Below, piece after piece: positions 52,301 to 64,000 of a stretch of DNA of 64,000 bases (its first letter is position 1; each line of letters begins with the position of its first letter). Source of the stretch: Lytechinus pictus (taxonomy: Eukaryota); contig NC_087252.1 in NCBI RefSeq assembly GCF_037042905.1, positions 620,001-684,000 of the forward strand, written 5' to 3'. Both the position numbers and the translations under genes were made by a program. A model generated the notes under the pieces. That model had not been told where the DNA came from. It did no database searches and saw only the letters and a list, made by a program, of their open reading frames with translations.

Positions 52301-55300
52301 AACACATGTATGAAAAAATGAAGCATTGATGATTTCATGTAATAACATAAGAAAAGGGAAAGTGGGGATGTGACATCATCAGCCCACTTAATGAATATTC
52401 ATGAGGATGTGCATATAACTGTTTTCACAAAATATTGATAAACTTTAAAATTCAATATTTTTGTTATTTGTTTTCCCGATTTTGATGAAATTTTCAGCAG
52501 TTTGCTCTGTGAATTTTACTCTATCTACTAAGATATAAATATTTTCAGAACGGTCCATCCCTTTAAGCTTAGGTTTGAAAGAATTGAGAGCGGTTCTATC
52601 AACCAGTTCGTTATTTAGGATGTTCCATAATTTGGATCCTGTAGTAGTAAAAGTTCGGGTTCGGGTTTGTGGGAGGTAGTAATGGTTAGCTTGTCTAGTT
52701 GAATGGGAGTGTAAAATGAAATTGCATTGAAATAATGGCGGAAAAGCATATGGTAAATAATCATTCTTAAGTTTGAACATAAATATACCAAGGTTGTACA
52801 AATAGATATTTTCAAGATTTTGCAATTATAAAAAAAGTCATTTGTATGAGCACGAAATCCAGCGTTATTGATTATTCTTATAACACGCTTTTGGACAATG
52901 CTAATTTTGTCAAATAAAAAGAGGGTTTTGGAGCTAATACCCCAAGTTAGAATGCAGTAATTGAAGTAGAGCAAAATTAGAGCAGGATAAAGTTCATGTA
53001 TACGCAACACATGAAAGAGTACAAGTGTTTCAGTTTGTTTATCACACCAGTGTTACGAGATAATATTTTACATAAGGAATCAATCTGTACCCGCCACGTT
53101 AGCTTACTGTCGATATATATACCTACAAATTTGGTAGAATCAACTTCGAAGATGTTTTTATTGGGATCAGGACAACTACCCCCCGGACAATCACCCCCCG
53201 GACAACTACCCCGGAAATTACCCCCCGAGGACAATTATTCCCCGGACAATTACCCCCTGAGGACAATTACCCCCCGAGGACAATTACTCCCCGGACAACT
53301 ACCCCCCGGACAATTACCCCCTGAGGACAATTACCCCCGAGGACAATTACCCACCGGACAATTACCCACCCGGACAACTACCCCCCGGACAATTACCCCC
53401 CGGACAACTACCCCCGGACAATTACCCCCGAGGACAATTACCCCCCGGACAATTATCCCCTGGACAATTACCCACGAGGACAATTACCCCCGAGGACAAT
53501 TACCCCCGCGAAAAATTACCCCCCCCCTGAGGACAATAACCCCCTAGACAAAGGGAGTGCACAGAGTCATACGTCGGCCGTACGTTTGACGTAAGAAGTA
53601 CTCAAGGCATTCTCGAGTATCTTGGAATCAAACGAACGCCGTAAGAAAGCTGTAAAAGTGAGCTCCATCCATAGGCGGATCCAGGCGGGGCCCGAGGGGC
53701 CCGGCCCCCCCCCCCTATTGGCGGAGCAAAAAAATTAAAAAAAAAAGAAAGGGGAAAGAAAGAAAAAAAAGAAAAAGAAGGGGAAAGAAAGATGGAAAAA
53801 GAAGAGGTAAAATAAAAGGAGGGAGGCGAGTGAAAAAAAAAGGTCATGGGAGGACTTGGAAAATGATTAAAAAATATATTTCATGTCACTATATTAAATA
53901 ATTCGCTCGCGCTTCGCGCTCGCATAGCCTGTTCGATGAGATACATATCTTGCTAAATAGGCTAAATAGGCTGATATGTAGCTTAAAATATCAAGTTTTG
54001 AAGTCGATATACAAAGCATATTTCAGCTCGGACATTATTCATTAGTTTGTTTGATTTACAAACTGATTTTTTTAAGTGCTCTGTAAAATTTCCGTTTTGT
54101 GGTCTAATTATAAATATTTTCAGAACGGTCCATCCCTTTAAGCTTAGGTTTGAAAGAATTGAGAGCGGTTCTATCAACCAGTTCGTTATTTAGGATGTTC
54201 CATAATTTGGATCCTGTAGTAGTAAAAGTTCGGGTTCGGGTTTGTGGGAGGTAGTAATGGTTAGCTTGTCTAGTTGAATGGGAGTGTAAAATGAAATTGC
54301 ATTGAAATAATGGCGGAAAAGCATATGGTTAATAATCATTCTTAAGTTTGAACATAAATATACCAAGGTTGTACAAATAGATATTTTCAAGATTTTGCAA
54401 TTATAAAAAAAGTCATTTGTATGAGCACGAAATCCAGCGTTATTGATTATTCTTATAACACGCTTTTGGACAATGCTAATTTTGTCAAATAAAAAGAGGG
54501 TTTTGGAGCTAATACCCCAAGTTAGAATGCAGTAATTGAAGTAGAGCAAGATTAGAGCAGGATAAAGTTCATGTATACGCAACACATGAAAGAGTACAAG
54601 TGTTTCAGTTTGTTTATCACACCAGTGTTACGAGATAATATTTTACATAAGGAATCAATCTGTACCCGCCACGTTAGCTTACTGTCGATATATATACCTA
54701 CAAATTTGGTAGAATCAACTTCGAAGATGTTTTTATTGGGATCAGGACAACTACCCCCCGGACAATCACCCCCCGGACAACTACCCCGGAAATTACCCCC
54801 CGAGGACAATTATTCCCCGGACAATTACCCCCTGAGGACAATTACCCCCCGAGGACAATTACTCCCCGGACAACTACCCCCCGGACAATTAACCCCTGAG
54901 GACAATTACCCCCCGAGGACAATTACCCACCGGACAATTACCCACCCGGACAACTACTCCCCGGACAATTACCCCCCGGACAACTACCCCCGGACAATTA
55001 CCCCCGAGGACAATTACCCCCCGGACAATTATCCCCTGGACAATTACCCACGAGGACAATTACCCCCGAGGACAATTACCCCCGCGAAAAATTACCCCCC
55101 CCCCTGAGGACAATAACCCCCTAGACAAAGGGAGTGCACATACGTCGGCCGTACGTTTGACGTAAGAAGTACTCAAGGCATTCTCGAGTATCTTGGAATC
55201 AAACGAACGCCGTAAGAAAGCTGTAAAAGTGAGCTCCATCCATAGGCGGATCCAGGCGGGGCCCGAGGGGCCCGGCCCCCCCCCCCCTATTGGCGGAGCA

Positions 55301-58300
55301 AAAAAATAAAAAAAAAAGAAAGGGGAAAGAAAGAAAAAAAAGAAAAAGAAGGGGAAAGAAAGATGGAAAAAGAAGAGGTAAAATAAAAGGAGGGAGACGA
55401 GTGAAAAAAAAAGGTCATGGGAGGACTTGGAAAATGATAAAAAAATATATTTCATGTCACTATATTAAATAATTCGCTCGCGCTTCGCGCTCGCATAGCC
55501 TGTTCGATGAGATACATATCTTGCTAAATAGGCTAAATAGGCTGATATGTAGCTTAAAATATCAAGTTTTGAAGTCGATATACAAAGCATATTTCAGCTC
55601 GGACATTATTCATTAGTTTGTTTGATTTACAAACTGATTTTTTTAAGTGCTCTGTAAAATTTCCGTTTTGTGGTCTAATTATTAATATTTTCAGCTCATG
55701 CTGCTCGGTCGCATTATTTGATTTGCATAGGCCTACTTCTTTATAAATTCTTACAAACCGTCCTTAAAATGCAGATTAAACGAATTGTATACTATCATGA
55801 TTGCCAATTTGTATAGAAAATACACTGTGTTTGATTGTGTCATATTGTTTAAATTTAGTAATTTTGGTACTTAATTTCCTTCTTTAAAGGGGAATCCAGC
55901 CTTGGCCATAAAATTTTATGTTGGGAAGGAGAAAAATGAATTATACAGAATGGTGAAAGTCTGAAAGAAATCGGACAAGCAATAAGAAAGTTATAGCTGC
56001 TTTAAAATTGAGACCACTAATACTATGTAAATTTCAAATTGGCAACTGGGTAAGTAAACTATGACAAGGGGCAAGGACAACTTTCCCACAGGCCATGTAC
56101 TTTATTATCAGGGATTTGTGTTTTTTCCATTCCCCTGGGGCAGTAATCTAAATATAACCCAGGTAGTATATTGTTTTATGTCCTCATGAAAGAAAAATAT
56201 AATTTGAAATAAAACTTTTAGGAAAAATGACATTTTAGCCATAATATGTATTGGAGTACATGGAAGAGTAGTCATTGCTTTACATCACTATGACATCCCA
56301 TATGCGGCCAATTTGAAGTCTCCATGGGTATAGTGATTAACAATATTTACAACTTCTAAAATTCATAACTTTCTTGTTGTTTGTCAAATATTGTTCAAAC
56401 TTTCACCTATCAACTTGTCTGATTTTTCTTTTCCTTATAAAAACAAATTTTTATTTGGGTTGGATTCCCCTTTAATGTTTAATTGCTTTCACCCAAGAAT
56501 AATACACACAAAATGTAATTTTACCATTTAGGTCCTAAATGGTAAAATCACAAGTTGTTCTTGTGTGTATTATCTTTGCAATTTTTTTTTAGCTTACTGT
56601 ACTAAGTTATAAAGCCACATCTAAATCTGGAATGTGCACCAATTGTTTCATAAATCTTAGCTTCTTGTTAGTTGAATTGTTTTAAAATAACAGGTTTACA
56701 GGTCCTACTTGACAGTGTTAGTGTTAATTGCGTTATCGACTTTCAATATTTCTAACTATGAAGGTGTCTTTTTTACGTTTTATCTATTTGCCTGATTTCT
56801 TTCCTGAAATTAAACCCAAAATAAATATTTAGAAAAATCAGATCAGTTGGAATAAGAGATATTCAGCATTTGTGATTATTATGACTAATCGTGTTCAGTT
56901 GTTCTATGAAAACTTAGTATGAGGGCCAGTTTACACTTTTTCTAATGTACATATGCATAGCCAAACGGGAGGTTTCGGGTGCAAGCCCCCCCCCCCCCAT
57001 TTTTGATGATGCAGAAGGCGACGCTAAACAAAAAAAAAAGGAAAAAGGCGAAAGTGAGAGAGCAGTAGAAAGAGCAATATAAAAGAGAAAGAAAAAGTTA
57101 TTAACGTAAGATAAAATAGAAAATATTATGAAAACCTGTGCCACCGACCAAAACTTACAATGGGTCCCGCTTAATTCTAACATTGATGCTGGAGAGAAGG
57201 GGGGATTTTCTGGGGGTAATTGTCAGGGTGGTAGTTGTCCGGGGGTAATTGTCCGGGGTAATTGTCCGGGGGGTAGTTGCCCGGGGGTAATTGTCCAGGG
57301 GGTAGTTGCCCGGGGGTAATTGTCCGGGGGTAGTTGTCCGGGGGTAGTCGTCCGGGGTTAATTGTCCGGGGGGTAATTGTCCGGGGGGTAATTGTCCTCA
57401 GGGGGTAGTTGTCCGGGGTAATTGTCCAGGGGGTTATTGTCCTCAGGGGGTAATTGTCCGGGGGGTTATTGTCCTCAGGGGGTAATTGTCCGGGGGGTAG
57501 TTGTCCGGGGGGTAATTGTCCTCGGGGGGTGAATGTCCGGTGGTAGTTGTCCCGGGGGTAATTGTCCGTGGGGAAGTTGTCCTGATCCCCAGTATTAATG
57601 ATATCTAAAAGGGTATTGGGGTTTTGATGGGAGCAAAAAATATTGGAGTCATCAGCAAAAATAATAAAAGACAATACTGAAGAAGTATTCTGTAAATCTT
57701 TCATTATAACATAAAGAGGAGCGGGCCTAATAATAAACCTTGTGGGACTCCACATCTAATGGGTTGAGGGGTTGATTCAACACCATTAATATAAACATAT
57801 TCTTTTTTATCATAAAGGTAGTCCCTGAACCACTCCCAGGCCTTTCCTCGAATTCCGTAGTGAGACAAATTGTATAGCAAATTATTATGGTTAATGGTGT
57901 CGAAGGCCTTGGAGAGGACCAGAAAAACACCTGCAGCATGTAACTTGCTGTCAATAGCTCTGGCAATTTTATTGGTACTTAATAAGAGGGCATGTGTTGT
58001 TGAATGTTGTCTGCGGAAACCAAATTGAGACCCAGAAAGCACATTGTTGCTATTTGAAAAAAATCAATGAGGCGAGAGTAAATAATTTTATCTAGTATCT
58101 TGGAAAAGCTGGTTAAAAGAGATATTAGGCGATAATTTCCTATGTCATGTTTATTGCCTTTCGTAAAGATAGATATGACCCTGGAAATCTTCATTTTTTT
58201 TTGGTTAAAGATAAATTAAATATATGTGTTAACGGACGGACACTTTTTAATAAGGCATTTGTTGCACCATCATATGAGGCTTTTCTTTTGCTTCATGTTA

Positions 58301-59930
58301 CTTTTATTTGATTGAAAAATATTTATTTATGAAAAACACAAGACCAGTGAAAAAAAAACAAGGTCCGAAAAAGGTTGAAAAGTTACATCAAAATTAAAAA
58401 ATCATATCATTAGTGGGGGAAAATACGCTTGCCGCCATGAATTACAGAGCTCTGTAGTTATATTTATCTGATGTATGCATAGTATTCGAATCGCTCATGC
58501 ACTGTAAATCATATCGAATACAATTTTCAAAACAGAAGCATCATTAAAGACCAAGTCTACCCCAGAAATATATAATCAATAAAGAAAAAAACAGACAACC
58601 ATAATGCTTAAAATTTCATCAAAATCGGATGTAAAATAAGAAAGTTAGGACATTTCAAAGTTTCGCTTATTTTTCACAAAATAGTTATATGCACAATTTA
58701 GTCGCATGTAAATGATAGAGTCGATGATGTCCCTCACTCACTATTTTTTTTTTTGTTTTTTATTGTTTGCTTTATTCATTATTTCAATTTTGTCAGATTT
58801 TACAGAAAGGACAAACTTAACTGAACCATAAAATGTTTAACAATGATACGTCCACATGTTTAGAGAGAAATAAAACTTTGTTTCACAGGACAATGAGTAG
58901 AAAATTAGAATATTTCATATTTCACATAATAAAATACAAAGGAAACAGCGAGTGAGTGAAGGCATCAATCCCCTCATTTGCATACCGACAAGGATGTGCA
59001 TATAACTTTTTTTTTTTTTTACACCCGTTTTTATAAAATTTTCAGTGTTTCGCTTGTTGGATTTTTCTCTTTTCATTCAAATCAACTTCTAATTGGGGTT
59101 GGACTTTTCCTTTATTGCAATAGATTTAAAATAAGAACAATTATATTCATTATAACGATATGCTATATTTGGAGATTAAAACTAAGGTATAATATTCAGA
59201 TGAGAGTTATGATCATGAATATGAATTTTCTGATGTCATCTCTAATTTTAGATACTATTCAGGCAGCGATTTTAATAGGACGACTATTCAACTTTAAGGA
59301 ACAATAGATGAACAGTAAAAGAAGAACGGAAGAAGTGAAGATGATGAAACTTAATAATCAATTGAAAGGCATACAATTACATGAACACTAAACATACTGA
59401 AAATAATTATCGAACTGAATGACGGTAAAATGTAACTGAAAATAACAACATACCACTCCTTGATGTATTTCAAACAAGATTAAACTCATGACCAGTATAG
59501 TTAATTTTCTTAAATTTCTTCCGGGTACTAGAGAGGACAATATCTACTACTTTAAGAAGATCGACGACACAGTTTTGAGGTTAATTCGATACAAGGCTTA
59601 TATACGCTTACTTGAAATCTGACAATTCTTTCCAAGATATGCCTCAAGACAGGAGCAGCTATAGCCATCCAATTCTTCCGTGCACGATCCACCATTTTGA
59701 CACGGATTTGAGTAACATTCTGTAAAAGGGAGAGGGAAATTACATGGTGACTCCGTTGTACTCTTTAGCTGCCGGGTAGGTGTTTCATAAAGTTGTTTGT
59801 AAGTCAAGAGCGGCTTTTAAGAATGACTGGTGAAACTTTCTTACCCGCTAAATAAACCCGAATTAACATTTAATGTTGAATATCATTTACTACAAGGAAG
59901 AATCACTAGTCATTCTTAAATTCACTCTTG

Positions 59931-59979
<49 letters not shown>

Positions 59980-60001
59980 TTACTACTACTACTACTACTA
60001 T

Positions 60002-60051
<50 letters not shown>

Positions 60052-60052
60052 T

Positions 60053-60087
<35 letters not shown>

Positions 60088-60157
60088 TTACTACTACTAT
60101 ATATTACTACTACTACTACTAGTACTACTACTACTATTACTACTACTACTATATTAT

Positions 60158-60208
<51 letters not shown>

Positions 60209-60270
60209 TACTACTACTACTATTACTACTACTACTACTACTACTACTATTACTACTACTACTATATTAT

Positions 60271-60302
<32 letters not shown>

Positions 60303-60326
60303 TTACTACTACTACTACTATATTAT

Positions 60327-60373
<47 letters not shown>

Positions 60374-60421
60374 TTACTACTACTACTACTACTACTATTA
60401 CTACTACTACTATATTATTAT

Positions 60422-60459
<38 letters not shown>

Positions 60460-62300
60460 TTACTACTACTACTATATTATTACTACTACTACTACTACTA
60501 CTACTACTGCTATTACTACTACTACTATATTATTACTACTACTACTACTACTACTACCACTACTACTACTAATACTACGTTAAACATAATGAATGATTAA
60601 ATAGTACCTGGAAATGCACAATACATGTTAGTTTTGTCCCGTGCTTCCTGTGGCACTCTGACGTCATATTCTGGATGATCACGTGTTAAATACTTGGCGA
60701 CAAACTGAACAAATTCACCTGTATGCTCGGAGATTTGATAGGGACATGCATTTAGAGGCATTGAGCTGCATGTTCCATCACCAAGCACTGCTGTTACATC
60801 ATAAAAGTTAAGAAAAAAGAAACATAGGAGGATGAAGGTGGAAAATAAAGAAGAAGAAGAAGAAGAAGAAGAAAGAAAGAAAGAGATGCAGTAGACGATG
60901 AAGAAGAAGGAGAAGAAGAACAGATGAATGGAGCAAGAGCAAAAAAAAAAAAGAAAGAGAAGAAGAGGGAGAAGAAAAAGGAGAGAAAATACAATTAATT
61001 GAATTATAAGACATCATGGAATCAGGGCAGTGGCACTATTCTAAAATCAAGTTTAAAATTTCTGGTCATATTCATGTTCAGTTAAATCACTTTTTAAAAT
61101 TCATTGTTTGATGACTCGCATATAAAATAATAACATCTGATTTAGACACGAAGGTAAACACATCAACACAATCGTGTAGACCCCATGTATACACCCCCCC
61201 AAAAAAAAAAAACCAATACCAGTAGCAACTAAGATATCAAAGAGATCCGAAAGAGTTGATGATAAATACCAGTTGTTGTCACGATTTCAAAATGAGTTCG
61301 TACAAAATCCAATGAAATGACCATTAAGTGTGTGTATGTATAAATAAGAATTATGTGCTTCTGGACTCTGGAAAAATATATATTTACTTAGAAATTGACA
61401 AAAATAGGCATGGCATTCCATTAAAATATCAGGGGGTCACAAAGATTTAAGTATGACGTATATAGCGTGTAAAACAACTCTGGTTTTTTTTTTCTAGTCA
61501 ATAATAATACACTGTCCCACGTGTATAGTGATCCGAAAGAGTTAAAGTAAATAGCTTACCGTCGAATGGTTGATTGAGAATAGAGAATACCACGATTAGG
61601 AGCTTTGAAGAGTTCTTCAACAAATCGAAAGAATATAATGATGAATTATCATGATATAATAATATACAGCACATGCATGATTACAATGAATGATAATAAA
61701 CTCTAATAAATAGTAATAAATACTACACTACTGCTACTACTAATACTACTACTATTACTACTACTACGACTACTACTACTTCTGATACCACTTCTAATAC
61801 TACTACTTCTTCTTCTACTACTACTACTACTGCTACTACTACTACTACTACTAATACTAATTTTACTACATTTACCACTATTTACTACTACTACTACTAC
61901 TACTACTGCTATCATTACTAATACAACATTACAATCCTATGACTATTATCGGAATTATGAAGGCGCTACAATGATGCTTCTTGGAGCATTTTTATCTCTG
62001 GCCACTATCTTATACAATCACTGGCATACTGAATGGGAGGGGGGGGGGCTTTGGGGCCATTGACCCCCCAAATTTACAAGAAAAATGAAAAAAAGATGGA
62101 AAAGTAAAAAAAAAAAGGCGAAATGTTACAGTATCATGTCAACATCTGCAATCTAAGGTTCAAGTTTTTTCTAAAGACAAAAGTAAAATAACTCACTCGC
62201 TTCGCTCGCTCCCAGATTTTTAGAAATGGCCAATGGCGTCATATCTGCCCCCTCATTTTTTTTTTTGTTTACTTCATTACGCTTCTGCATTACTTACCAT
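49379..62300 (-). CDS. Secreted EGF + C-type lectin protein, copy C (252-253 aa); coding exons 62300-62298, 61614-61560, 60787(or 60790)-60608, 59719-59612, 51617-51336, 49509-49379
   Basis: Exon lengths identical to copy B (3/55/180/108/282/131), canonical junctions, no stops, and a few substitutions versus B (for example R>I before MTDG, and D>N, M>T, L>H in exon 5). Confidence 0.88.
52538..55694. repeat. About 1.57-kb tandem duplication in intron 4 of C
   Basis: 52538-54112 is repeated at 54113-55683; AATATTTTCAG lies at all three boundaries; single copy in B. Confidence 0.9.
53163..57589. mobile_element. Same foldback-like element in C, with the left arm duplicated (second left TIR at 54738)
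   Basis: Same TIR and arrays as 33365-36048. Confidence 0.8.
59931..60578. repeat. (CTA/TTA)n microsatellite, about 650 bp
   Basis: Direct reading. Confidence 0.97.
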
Positions 62301-64000
62301 GTTGATGAAGGCCCATGTACTTGCCGTGTTCTGTTTGAAGAATCTGAAGTTTCATTAAAATATGGTAAGCTTGGAATGTCAGGTAAAGCGTCGAAAACTA
62401 TCACCCTTTTAATAAAAAAAAAGAAATCTAATTAAAGCGCACCTAACATTATTTTAATCGTCCATCTCAGGGCCACATAGACCGCCCTAATTGCCATACC
62501 TTATACATTTATGTAGAATTGTCAAGAGTATCTGCTTGAGAAAGTGCGCTTTACCGTAAATTCGATATTTGATTAGTTAATTATTTTTCCATTCACTGTT
62601 TCTTTATGCCATTCTACATGGATGGATGGATGGATGGATGCAGAAAGGAATGAAAATTCCTTCGTTATGATATAATCGGATATCAACATGTTAATCAATC
62701 CTTTATGATGCCCAACACAATCAATTGTAAAGAAAAACCATGTATTATAAACACAATGACACTGCATGCATTAAAGTAATTTAATAGTAAAGAGCAGTCG
62801 AGGTTTCCTCAGAGGTGAGACGAGTTGGCTGCTGCGACAGTTGCATCGGGCCTTCTTTTAGCTAGCAGGGTTAGGGTTGCAATAGGGCATTATTATCATC
62901 AAGGTTTAAGGGTAACTTGTTAATTCGTCTACTGCCAACTCGTCCACTCACCACATGGCCTAACTTCATTTAGTCTAATGCCATTCCCTCCATTTGGTCG
63001 AACCATCATTTCGTATAATCACCAGTTCATCTATGACCATTTCGTCACATAATCAGTTGGTCTAGTATCCATTTTATTTTCATTCGTTTCGCTCAATTAA
63101 CACTTAGTCCAATTAGACCGAATGGTATATGGATTAAATGGCTATTGGACCAACTGGTAATTAGATGAAATTGTAACTAGACTACGTGGATAGTGGACGA
63201 ACTGATAGTAGGCCAAATGATAGTAGACAAGTTGGTAATTGGACGAATTGGCATTAGACCAAATGAAAATAAACCGAAGGGTATAGTGTTAAATGCAGGG
63301 TTGAAGTTAGCTGAGCAACTGTTACTAGTATCGTGGAATCAGTTCGTCTGGAACCCAGTACTATCCAATGTATTTGTAGCAACAAAGGATCGTTACTTGT
63401 ATCGACTCTTTCTCTCTCCCTTTCTATAAGATTCATGATGAAGTCTTCTTAAAATCAAACAGTGAACAAGGTTCGAAATTTGGAACAGCCTGGTTACTAA
63501 ATGAATCGTGATTAGTGTTTTTATTGAATCAATATCAAAAATGCGTAAAGTAAGTCGAAATACGGAATAACAAATATCTTCTTTAGTAAACATAGATTAC
63601 AGAAACACGACAGGGTATTTATATTTTTGAACATAATGAATGCAAGATAAATATATTAATAAGAATTAGTAGCCAGAAAAGACCAAATAGTAATCTCTGC
63701 TCTATAATTTTAGCGAAACAATGGTAAGATACAAGTTTTTCATACATGCACATCCTTCATTTTTAGTTTGAAATATAAAGATTGAATAGATAAATTATGA
63801 TAAGGTTGAAATAAAACGTGTATTCATTAAGAGGGTGCGTAACTGACAATTATATGATTTGAACTTATGAAGAAAGATCAGACAAACAAAACACTGAAAA
63901 TGTTATCAACATCGGACAATGAATAACATATAATAACACAATAACATGACCAGTCATTTTGAATATTTGCATTATTACAGTGAAACAGTTCTATGCAATA

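Larger units (their letters stand above)
51670..58280 (-). mobile_element. Same decayed CR1/L2-group LINE in intron 4 of C, partly duplicated
   Basis: Same RT fragments at 57590-58194, 52563-53162 and 54138-54737. Confidence 0.8.
45327..63996. repeat. Tandem segmental duplication unit C
   Basis: Very similar to unit B, including shared intron-4 TEs and the long exon 3. Confidence 0.95.

Noticed and set aside
52996..57755. GQLPP/RTITP/GGNCP repeat ORFs (also 33198-36214)
   Set aside because: Translations of subterminal tandem arrays of a DNA element.

Overview
Eukaryotic, AT-rich animal genomic DNA. The repeat landscape suggests a marine invertebrate, plausibly an echinoderm such as a sea urchin (inference only). 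The whole window is a tandem array of three copies of one unit (A 1-18044, B 18045-45326, C 45327-63996), and the repeat runs to both edges. Each unit carries an intact 6-exon minus-strand gene, reconstructed here from GT-AG junctions and absent as a whole from the ORF track. It encodes a small secreted protein: signal peptide, Cys-containing linker, one EGF domain, and a C-type lectin domain with QPD (223 aa in A, about 252 aa in B and C). Paralog differences cluster in the lectin sugar-binding region and include an in-frame 87-nt linker indel. Copy-specific TE insertions: a near-full-length, probably RTEX-like LINE with a PHD ORF1 (A); a young Mag-type Gypsy element nested in a TIR element that carries an X-box-containing satellite (B); a 2.7-kb palindromic MITE dimer (B); nested hAT-like elements and a microhomology-bounded duplication (C); and many MITEs, a SINE and microsatellites.
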